A stretch of DNA of 64,000 nucleotides from Treponema sp. (GTDB lineage: Bacteria; Spirochaetota; Spirochaetia; Treponematales; Breznakiellaceae): the NCBI GenBank assembly GCA_031278095.1, contig JAITLC010000148.1, positions 12,602 to 76,601 on the forward strand, read 5' to 3'. Position 1 is the first letter of the stretch. Each line of letters begins with the position of its first letter. The translations under genes were made by a program, and so were the position numbers. Positions 6,829 through 14,830 of the stretch are shown in pieces. The notes below the pieces were generated by a model. The model did not search any database. It worked only from the letters and a program-made list of their open reading frames with translations, and had not been told where the DNA came from.

Positions 6829-9786
6829 ATGCCCATGGATAAAAATGAAGTCAAGATCCTGGATTTTCCATTCTTTTGCCTGAATTACAGTAATGGTGTT
6901 TTTATCCGTGCTCTTCCTCCCGGCGCAGAGGATCTGGGGGGCGGCGTGTTCCGTAATGAGGGTTCCGTGTACAGTCTGCCGGAAGGACTTGGCGCCGGCT
7001 GTCTTTCCAAAAAAGAGATTGGGGGAAAGACGCTGCTGGCCCTGGCCCGGAGGAGTCCGCACCCGCTTGTGGCAAAAGGCCCCCTCATGGCGTCTCCCGA
7101 AAAGAGGCTCATGGGGCTGGACTTGGAAATTCCCGGGGCCGGACGCAAAACTTCTGCGGGAGGAGAAAGCGCTCTTGTAATAAGAGTGCAAAGGGAAATT
7201 GTTCCGCGGAAGGACTGGCTGCCCCTGGAAGGGCTGTCCCGTTACTATCTTTATCATGATGAAATTTATGAAATAATCGATGATGAAACTCTGGATACGC
7301 TTGTTGCCGAATATGGCTCCGGCGGGAAACTGATACTCCGCGGAGAGGAGATCCCCCGCTTTGCCGATGAAAAGATGCGGCTGATCATCTGTTTCGGAGA
7401 CAGGGCCCTGAAACAAAAACTTTCAGAAGACGCACTTTTTATCAGGGCAGAGGAACTGTCGCTGGTGCTTTCGGTCAGGGGGGAGCCGGGGAAAGGAAGA
7501 AGAACAATACGGGGAATACCGATCCTGGCCTGGGGCAGGGATACGGATTGCAGGCACTACGATGCGGCGGAGGTATCCGCCGCCTGTGACAGAGACTATG
7601 TGCTTCTCGATGAAAAATGGGCCCGCCGGAAAGATCTTGAAAAAACGGGCCTCAATCCCCTCGGGCGCTATGCGGGAGGCGAACCAATTGAAGGCATCAG
7701 TATCCCTGTTCCCCTCCTCTTCCGGCGGGGAGAAGTGCCGCCTTACTTCAGCAGGCTTGAGTACCAGGGTCCTCCCTGGCTTGACAGGGCCGAAAAGGCC
7801 GCAATTTTTTTAGCCCACCTGGACTTTCTCCGTTTCTGGGGAATTTCAGGCGGGGTGATCCACTCAGGGTGCGGCAGGGCTGAACCGGCGGCTCTCTTGG
7901 CGCGATGGCTGCAGAACATGGGAACTGCGGGAAAACACGGTTCTACGGAAACATGTGCGGGAAAAATCATTGTCCTTATGGAAAGGAATTTTTGGGAACT
8001 CTATTTCAGTATTTCTGCCTCGGGCCTCCCCTCTCCCCTTGAAGGAGAGGATCTTTTAAGTTCACGGAACAAGGGTGTCTGTACCGGTTTTTATGAATCT
8101 CTGCCGCCGCCTTCCAACAGTCTTGTGAGCAGCTGCGATACCCTGATTCTGTTTGAACCGGAACATACGGCCGGGAATTACATGGAAAGACTGGGCGGCA
8201 TAGACTCAAGGATCGTGCTGGGTATCTCTCTGGAGGAACCGGGAGAAGAAACCCTGCGGCGGTTTTTTAGCGTAAAGGGAGAAAGAGCCGGGCTGGGCAG
8301 ATGGATCTACCGGAATACCGGAGCGGTCCTGTCCCTGCCCCGCTTCTACCAGGCGCCGGCAAGGGAAATTCTCCGGCCTCCGTTCGGGGGGCGTTTTACG
8401 GCAGACGCCAAATTCCGCAGTATTCCTGCCCCCGAACTCGCAGAAGAAGGCGCATTCTTTTATGCGGAAGGCACAGGGGATTATGATCCGCAAGCCTCTG
8501 TCAGAACAAAATTCGTTTTCGGGGAACTTTTGGAAAAAGAAAAGAACAATTTTTTCCGCTGGCGGTATCTCTTCAGGAACGGAATACGGAAACCTGCGGG
8601 AAGGGCCTTTATCCTCATCTATGCGAGAGAACTCTGCCTTGCCATGGGAAACATGGGGCCCTTTGAAGCCTTCGCGGAGCTGTCCCGGCTGCAGGAATAC
8701 TGCGTATGGCTGGAAAGTTTTTCAGGAAAAAGGCAGGATTTACAGGAAACGGCGGAACAGCCGCTCATCTCCCGTCTGCTTCTGCAGCGACTCTTTGATT
8801 TTAGCATCATGTACGGAATTACATCCCGGACTCTTCCGCTTGTTCTTTCAAGAGCCGCCGGAAGCGGGGATTATCTTATACAGGATCTTTTGATTCACAA
8901 AAAGTACATTGAAAAAAACAACAGTATCGCTTTTGAAGATATAAATCCTTTTATCGGCGATCTTTTGCAGGGCAACAGTTTTTATGTTTTTTACGGAAAA
9001 GAACTGGAAAAGGCCATTGAAAAAGTTATCAATCTTATCGACCACAGGCTCCGGGATCTCTGCAAAAAGCGGCTTTTTGAATTTTTTTTTCCGGTTCAGA
9101 CATACCGTGAAAGCCGCAGGGCCTTTGCGGGCATGGAAGCCGCCGGTTACTCTTCCTACACTGCCGAGTGGGCCCACTTTCTCGCATTCAAGCCGCTTCA
9201 TAAATTTATTTCTTCAGTTTTCCGTTATACCGAATACAGGCTGAAAATAAAAACAGGCTTTGAAAAACCGCGGCAGACGCCCCGCCTGGAGGAATACTGG
9301 CGTCTCATGGCCGACGCCGCTCTAAATGACACCGCCCTTCCCATGCACATAGGGCCCGGTTCCGTAAAACTGCGTCATGAATCAATCGAAAGACTCCGCT
9401 CCGAATCTGATGAGGTAAAACAGCTTTTGCTGATTGAAGAAAATCCTGTCCCGGACCGTGCGACAAAGCCTAACCATGCGCCGTCTCCGCCCGGATTGAA
9501 AAAGACTGAAAAAAAACAGCCCGGCATCAATGCTTTTATCGGTGGACTGAACGAGACGGAACGGAAAGCCCTGTTCTGCATTGCCGCTGTAAAAGATCCA
9601 TCCTCACTAAAGACTGAGCTTAAAGAGACAGCGGCCGCGGGATTCTCCATGCCGGAACTGCTTATCGACAGCATCAATGAAAAGTTCATGGATGCCTTTG
9701 GGGATCTATTGATTGAACACGGAAAAGACGGACCATGTATTACAGAAGAATACCGGGAGAGGCTGCCGCCGGCCGGAGAATCTTAA
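6829..9786 (+). CDS. TerB-N / TerB-C domain protein with long uncharacterised N-terminal extension (SngA-like)
   Basis: 985 aa. Residues from about 560 to 780 look like TerB-N (NFFRWRYLFRNG...RAFILIYARELCL). The C-terminal ~80 aa look like TerB-C (GLNETERKAL...MPELLIDSINEKFMDAFGDLLIE). It is the first gene of a tightly spaced three-gene set. Confidence 0.7.
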   Translation: MPMDKNEVKILDFPFFCLNYSNGVFIRALPPGAEDLGGGVFRNEGSVYSLPEGLGAGCLSKKEIGGKTLLALARRSPHPLVAKGPLMASPEKRLMGLDLEIPGAGRKTSAGGESALVIRVQREIVPRKDWLPLEGLSRYYLYHDEIYEIIDDETLDTLVAEYGSGGKLILRGEEIPRFADEKMRLIICFGDRALKQKLSEDALFIRAEELSLVLSVRGEPGKGRRTIRGIPILAWGRDTDCRHYDAAEVSAACDRDYVLLDEKWARRKDLEKTGLNPLGRYAGGEPIEGISIPVPLLFRRGEVPPYFSRLEYQGPPWLDRAEKAAIFLAHLDFLRFWGISGGVIHSGCGRAEPAALLARWLQNMGTAGKHGSTETCAGKIIVLMERNFWELYFSISASGLPSPLEGEDLLSSRNKGVCTGFYESLPPPSNSLVSSCDTLILFEPEHTAGNYMERLGGIDSRIVLGISLEEPGEETLRRFFSVKGERAGLGRWIYRNTGAVLSLPRFYQAPAREILRPPFGGRFTADAKFRSIPAPELAEEGAFFYAEGTGDYDPQASVRTKFVFGELLEKEKNNFFRWRYLFRNGIRKPAGRAFILIYARELCLAMGNMGPFEAFAELSRLQEYCVWLESFSGKRQDLQETAEQPLISRLLLQRLFDFSIMYGITSRTLPLVLSRAAGSGDYLIQDLLIHKKYIEKNNSIAFEDINPFIGDLLQGNSFYVFYGKELEKAIEKVINLIDHRLRDLCKKRLFEFFFPVQTYRESRRAFAGMEAAGYSSYTAEWAHFLAFKPLHKFISSVFRYTEYRLKIKTGFEKPRQTPRLEEYWRLMADAALNDTALPMHIGPGSVKLRHESIERLRSESDEVKQLLLIEENPVPDRATKPNHAPSPPGLKKTEKKQPGINAFIGGLNETERKALFCIAAVKDPSSLKTELKETAAAGFSMPELLIDSINEKFMDAFGDLLIEHGKDGPCITEEYRERLPPAGES

Positions 9787-9818
9787 CAAAGGCCCGGCAT
9801 TCAGACTATACTTAAAAC

Positions 9819-11114
9819 ATGCTCAGCTTTCCCAGACGCATAAGCTCGGCGATTCTCTCCTCCCTTTCTGCAGGGGTGGTACCCCGTGTGGGACTCGAAT
9901 ACATTGCCGTTGGACGCAAACGGGAAGTGGAAGCCAGCCTGGAGGATCTTGAAAATATTGCAGGAGGAGCCGCTGCCTTTAGAATTGTTGCGGGACGTTA
10001 CGGCAGCGGGAAAAGTTTCTTCCTCCAGGCGATCCGCAACTATGCGCTGGAACAGGGATTCATCACTGCCGATGCGGATCTTTCACCCGAGAAACGTCTT
10101 GCCGGGCCTGCAGGACTTGAAACTTACCGGGAACTCCTCCAGCGTCTTGCATCCAAGGCCCGGCCCGAAGGCGGCGCGCTGGAAGGCCTGCTGCAAAAAT
10201 GGATCAACTCGATCAAGCTTTCATTCATTCAGGACGGCTACGGGGCCAACGATCCGGATCTGCCCAAACTGGTGGAAACACGGATCTATGAAACGGTCAG
10301 CGAAATGGAAGACCTTTCCCACGGTTTTGACTTTGCGCGCGTATTAAGCGCCTACTATCTGGCCTACACAAACAGTGTTGATGAAAAAAAAGAAGCCGCC
10401 CTCCGCTGGCTCAGGGGAGAGTATGCGACGAAAACCGAAGCAAAAGCCCTGTTGGGAACCGGGGAGATCATCACCGGGGAAAACTGGTATGACTACATCA
10501 AGCTTCTTGCCGCCTTCAGTTTCCGTTCAGGCAGCAAGGGGCTGTTACTCTTTATTGATGAATGTACCCAACTGGCAAAAATCGGCAGCCGCCAGTCGCG
10601 GGAGAATAACTACGAAAAACTGCTGGCTCTCTTCAACGATGTAATGCAGGGAAAGGCTGAACGGCTGGGCATCTATCTTGCAGGTACTCCCCAGTTTATT
10701 GAAGATGACAGACGAGGACTCTTCAGCTACCAGGCTCTGAAAAGCCGTCTTGCGGAAAGCCGCTTTGCCCGTGAAGGCTACATCGATTATTCAGGCCCTG
10801 TGCTGCGGCTTTCCCAGTTGAGCCAGGAAGAGATCTATGTATTGCTGGAACGGCTCAGGGATATTCATGCCTTTCACCATGCCTATGAAAGCGAATTGGG
10901 GAACAGGGAACTTTCAATCTTCCTGGAACAGGCTTTTTCAAAAGCCGGGGCGGAAGAATTTATCACTCCCAGGGAAATTGCCAGGGATTTTCTCGGCCTT
11001 CTCAATATCACCCGCAATGAAAATTTAAACTTTGACGATCTTGTATACCGGAACGGCTACCGGGTTGAAGGCTATAAACCCGGCGGCAGCTTCTATGCCG
11101 GCTTTGAAGTATAG
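9819..11114 (+). CDS. DUF2791 / BrxD-type P-loop ATPase (SngB-like)
   Basis: 431 aa. The N-terminus (AILSSLSAGVVPRVGLEYIAVGRKREV) is typical of DUF2791. Walker A is GRYGSGKSFF and Walker B is LLLFIDEC. It starts 32 nt after the upstream gene. Confidence 0.75.
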   Translation: MLSFPRRISSAILSSLSAGVVPRVGLEYIAVGRKREVEASLEDLENIAGGAAAFRIVAGRYGSGKSFFLQAIRNYALEQGFITADADLSPEKRLAGPAGLETYRELLQRLASKARPEGGALEGLLQKWINSIKLSFIQDGYGANDPDLPKLVETRIYETVSEMEDLSHGFDFARVLSAYYLAYTNSVDEKKEAALRWLRGEYATKTEAKALLGTGEIITGENWYDYIKLLAAFSFRSGSKGLLLFIDECTQLAKIGSRQSRENNYEKLLALFNDVMQGKAERLGIYLAGTPQFIEDDRRGLFSYQALKSRLAESRFAREGYIDYSGPVLRLSQLSQEEIYVLLERLRDIHAFHHAYESELGNRELSIFLEQAFSKAGAEEFITPREIARDFLGLLNITRNENLNFDDLVYRNGYRVEGYKPGGSFYAGFEV

Positions 11115-11117
11115 GAT

Positions 11118-13295
11118 ATGAACCGGGTCTACGAACGGCTGCACCCTGTTGTACGGGAGTATATCTACAATCAGGAATGGGAAGGCCTGCGGCCTGTACA
11201 GGAAGCGGCGGCAACCGGGATCCTTGAACAGGAGAGCCACCTCATCATTGCCGCAGGCACCGCATCGGGAAAGACCGAGGCCTGTTTCTTTCCGATAATA
11301 TCACTACTGGCGGAGAAACGCCGCGATTCTGTAGGAGCCCTGTACGTAAGCCCCCTCAAGGCCCTTATCAATGATCAGTTCGGCCGTCTTGAAGGTCTGG
11401 CCCGTGAGGCGGAAATTCCTCTCTGGCGCTGGCACGGAGACATACCGGGCCGGCACAAGGAAAAGCTTTTGGAGAACCCCGCAGGGATACTGCAGATAAC
11501 GCCTGAATCTCTGGAAGCGCTGTTACTGCGGCGGCCCCGCAGGATTGCTTCTCTCTTCCGGGAACTTTCCTTTGTAGTCATTGATGAGGTACATGCCTTT
11601 ATGGGAACCGGAAGGGGGCAGCAGCTTCTCTGTCAGCTTGTCAGGATCGAGAGAACCCTGGGGAACCTTTCCTCTTCGTTTCCCAGGCGCATAGGGCTTT
11701 CCGCCACCCTGGCCGACTACCGCAGGGCAATGGAATGGATAGCAAGGGGGAGCCGGCTTGGAAGAGAGACGACCCTCATCGAAGAAAAGAAAAGCAGGCG
11801 CCGTGTACGCATTGCCCTTGACTACTTTTCCCGGAGCAAAGGTGAAGAACAGAATTACTACCAATCCCTCTACAGGGAGACCAGGGGAAAACGCTGCATA
11901 ATTTTTACCAACAGCCGTCTTGACGCGGAAGAGACAGCCGGGGCATTGAGATCCATCGATGGAGGGGAGAACCGTTTTCTTATCCACCATGGCAGTATCT
12001 CTGCCGCGCTCCGGGGAGAGGCGGAAAAGGAACTGCGCGAGGCGGCAGGGTCTGTAACACTGACAGCGACGGCAACACTTGAGATGGGGATCGATATAGG
12101 CGCCCTGGACAGGGTTATCCAGCTTGGGCCTCCCCTTTCCGTGTCGGCCTTTGTCCAGCGGCTGGGGCGTTCGGGAAGACGAAGAGGGACAAGCGAGATC
12201 TACTTCAGCAGCCTTGACGACAGTAATGATACGCTTGATATGCCCTGGACGCTGTTAAAGACCATCGCCGTGATAGAACTTTATATTAGAGAAAAATGGA
12301 TTGAGGATCGCCCGGAGCCTCCCCTGCCCTACAGCCTCCTTATCCACGAAAGCCTCTCCCTCATCGCCTCCGAAGGAGAGAAGAAGGCAGAGGTTCTGGA
12401 GGAAGAAGTCCTGAGCCTTCCCGGTTTTGAGCAGGTGAACGGAGAAGATTACCGCCGGATTCTTGAAGCCCTCATCCATGCGGGGCTTCTGGAACAGACC
12501 GCCGAAGGAACCCTGATCACCGGCCTTGAGGGGGAAAGGATCACGGGTCACTACAGTTTCTACTCGGTTTTTTCAAGCGACACCGAGTACCGGGTGATTC
12601 ACGGCGCGATGGAGATAGGAAAGGTAAACTTTGCCCCGCCGCCGGGAAGCGGCATTATTCTTGGAAGCCGCTACTGGCGGGTGCTCCGCTCGGATCAGAG
12701 GCAGAGGGAGATCGGTGTGGAGCCGGGAACCGAAGGCGCCCTGCGGCTCTGGCGGGGCGGCAGTGCGGAAAACCACCCGCGGGTTTCGGCAAAGATACTG
12801 GAGATCCTCCTCTCGCAGGAATCGTACACATATCTTTCGGCCGGCGCCGCAAAACGCCTTAGAGAAGCCAGAAACACTACGGAGAATTTTGGGTTTGACG
12901 GGAAGGGCTGGAGCCTTATCGAAACAGGCGGAGATTCACGGAGGCCTTATACCAGCTTCCGCATACTTCCGTGGCTGGGAAGCCGGGGCATGAGGACGCT
13001 GCTCCTCATCCTCCGGGATGAAGATCTGTCCATTGTTCTGGGCATTATCGCCCTCTCGCGGGAAAGCGATTACAGCATCTTTGTAAGTTCAAAACTTCCC
13101 CTTCAGATCTTCCGTGAAAACCTCTTCAGGATCATCGAAAACCTGAATTCCGCCTCTCTTGAAACTCTGGCGGAAAAATCTGTGGATACCATCCCGTGCA
13201 CGGGAAAATTCGATCCCTGGCTTCCCCCCTCCCTGCTGGCAAAGCAGTATACGGCAAACATGCTGGATCCGGAAGAATTGAAGGGGAGCGTTTAG
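11118..13295 (+). CDS. Lhr-like DEAD/DEAH-box helicase (SngC-like)
   Basis: 725 aa. Motif I is AAGTASGKTEA. It also has the TPESLE motif shared with Lhr, motif II DEVH, motif III SAT and motif VI QRLGRSGRR. It starts 3 nt after the ATPase stop. Confidence 0.85.
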   Translation: MNRVYERLHPVVREYIYNQEWEGLRPVQEAAATGILEQESHLIIAAGTASGKTEACFFPIISLLAEKRRDSVGALYVSPLKALINDQFGRLEGLAREAEIPLWRWHGDIPGRHKEKLLENPAGILQITPESLEALLLRRPRRIASLFRELSFVVIDEVHAFMGTGRGQQLLCQLVRIERTLGNLSSSFPRRIGLSATLADYRRAMEWIARGSRLGRETTLIEEKKSRRRVRIALDYFSRSKGEEQNYYQSLYRETRGKRCIIFTNSRLDAEETAGALRSIDGGENRFLIHHGSISAALRGEAEKELREAAGSVTLTATATLEMGIDIGALDRVIQLGPPLSVSAFVQRLGRSGRRRGTSEIYFSSLDDSNDTLDMPWTLLKTIAVIELYIREKWIEDRPEPPLPYSLLIHESLSLIASEGEKKAEVLEEEVLSLPGFEQVNGEDYRRILEALIHAGLLEQTAEGTLITGLEGERITGHYSFYSVFSSDTEYRVIHGAMEIGKVNFAPPPGSGIILGSRYWRVLRSDQRQREIGVEPGTEGALRLWRGGSAENHPRVSAKILEILLSQESYTYLSAGAAKRLREARNTTENFGFDGKGWSLIETGGDSRRPYTSFRILPWLGSRGMRTLLLILRDEDLSIVLGIIALSRESDYSIFVSSKLPLQIFRENLFRIIENLNSASLETLAEKSVDTIPCTGKFDPWLPPSLLAKQYTANMLDPEELKGSV

Positions 13296-13789
13296 CCTGG
13301 AATCCTGTTCGGGAGTTCTACCGGCTCATGTACGATGCCTGTATAGCGCCGGCAAGCGCCTGACGCCTTCCCTTCATCCTTGACAGATGAAGGCTGCCGG
13401 GAGAGGTGCGAAGACGGTGTCGTCCTGACAAGCCGGCTTTCGGCGGAGCCGTTGATTCGCAGGCGGGTTCTTGGGTATTAAACCACTCAACACGAATAAA
13501 ACGCGTGATACACTCCTTCTTTTGGATTAGATTTTCGATGATTCAATTCACCTCTTACATAATTTTTTCGGATTATGTATTATACCTACTAAACCTATAA
13601 GTATTTAGGTTATCTGAGACCGTATAGGACTTGCTCACGAATGAGTCCTGTTAGGCCGGGCAGGAGGTGATAAATAAAAATTCTCTTTTTCAGGACTCCC
13701 GGATTTTCCGGGAAAACACAACGCGGTTTGGCTTAGCAGCCGAATAATACAAGTTTGCGGGAGAAATACCCCGGCATAAGAGGTTTGAC

Positions 13790-14539
13790 ATGAAAATTTT
13801 GAACATTATCCCTATTATCAGCGATATTTGGACGGATGAAATGCAGAAATATGTTACCCAAGATCTGCTTCCCACCACGGAAGTTGTGTCATGTAACATA
13901 AAACACGGCCCGGGGAGCATTGAAGGCGAGTATGATGAGGCCCTAGCCATACCCGAAGTGCTTTCTATGGTCAAAGTGGCGGAGCGGGACGGTTTTGATG
14001 CCGTTTTTATCAACTGTTTCGGCGAACCGGGGGTCAGGGCGGCCCGGGAACTGGTCAGAATTCCCGTTTTCGGCGGTTTTGAACCGGCGATTTTCTATGC
14101 CCTGGGCGTTGCCGACCGTATCGGAATTGTCAGTGTCCTGAGGGAAGTGGTTCCGCTCATTCGGGAGGTAGTGGACCGTGAAAGCTTGCAGGGCCGCATA
14201 TCCTCAATCCGCTATGTAGACATTCCGGTTTTGGGTCTTGAGGACATCGACAAAATGGTTGCCGCCCTTATCAAGGAAAGTATCAAGGCCATCGAGGAAG
14301 ACCATGTAGAGTCTATAGTTCTGGGCTGTACCGCTATGGTCGGCGTGAAAGAGCGCGTTGAGGAGGGCCTGAAAGCCGGAGGTTACGATGTGGTCGTTAT
14401 CGAAGCGGCCCAGGCATCGCTCATGATGCTGGAAACCTATGTCCGCATGAGGCTAAAGCACAGCATTTACACCTATCCCGCACCCCGTGAAAAGAAACGG
14501 ACCTGGTGGGGCGGCGATGCCATTGTTGACATAGTATAG
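13790..14539 (+). CDS. Asp/Glu/hydantoin racemase family protein
   Basis: 249 aa with the two catalytic-Cys contexts typical of hydantoin racemases (FINCFGEPG and VLGCTAM). AAGAGG precedes the ATG. Confidence 0.8.
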   Translation: MKILNIIPIISDIWTDEMQKYVTQDLLPTTEVVSCNIKHGPGSIEGEYDEALAIPEVLSMVKVAERDGFDAVFINCFGEPGVRAARELVRIPVFGGFEPAIFYALGVADRIGIVSVLREVVPLIREVVDRESLQGRISSIRYVDIPVLGLEDIDKMVAALIKESIKAIEEDHVESIVLGCTAMVGVKERVEEGLKAGGYDVVVIEAAQASLMMLETYVRMRLKHSIYTYPAPREKKRTWWGGDAIVDIV

Positions 14540-14830
14540 GAAATCCATGATAACCTTACCTGCCGTGCCGGTATCGGGGAGGGCAATTCCTTCCGTTCTT
14601 TCCACTGTTTTTCCATCACGACATACCCGCCGCAGAGTAAAGTCCTGCCCGTTTGAACCGGACGGCTTTACCGCCGTTCCCTCTATAAACATTTCGGTTG
14701 ACAACAAAACAATCTCTTCCGGCAGTGTGGTCTTGAAACACCGATTCGCTATTTCCAGACGGGATACCCCTATCTCGTTTTTCAATCTTCAGTCTTGATA
14801 CTGAATAATTATTTTTTGAAAGGAGTTTTT

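Noticed and set aside
6529-7416. A 295-aa antisense ORF spanning the junction of the 5899-6801 gene and the TerB protein.
   Set aside because: It crosses an intergenic gap antisense to two co-directional genes, has low-complexity composition and shows no SD or motif.
9819-11114. Reading the DUF2791/BrxD-type ATPase as evidence of a BREX system.
   Set aside because: No PglZ phosphatase, PglX-type methyltransferase, BrxA/B/C or Lon-like BrxL genes are present anywhere in the window. The TerB and helicase partners fit the three-gene Shango-type architecture instead.
13406-13600. A 64-aa ORF in the spacer after the helicase gene.
   Set aside because: Its first half is Arg/Gly-rich, its second half is a run of Phe/Ile/Tyr from the A/T-rich core, and there is no SD. 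This is most likely a composition artefact.
14453-14798. Two ORFs in the racemase-permease gap: 110 aa on the minus strand and 83 aa on the plus strand.
   Set aside because: The minus-strand ORF starts with TTG, has no SD and would overlap the racemase 3' end by 87 nt. The plus-strand ORF is Ser/Arg/Pro-rich. Neither has a recognisable motif, so the gap is reported as an unexplained spacer.
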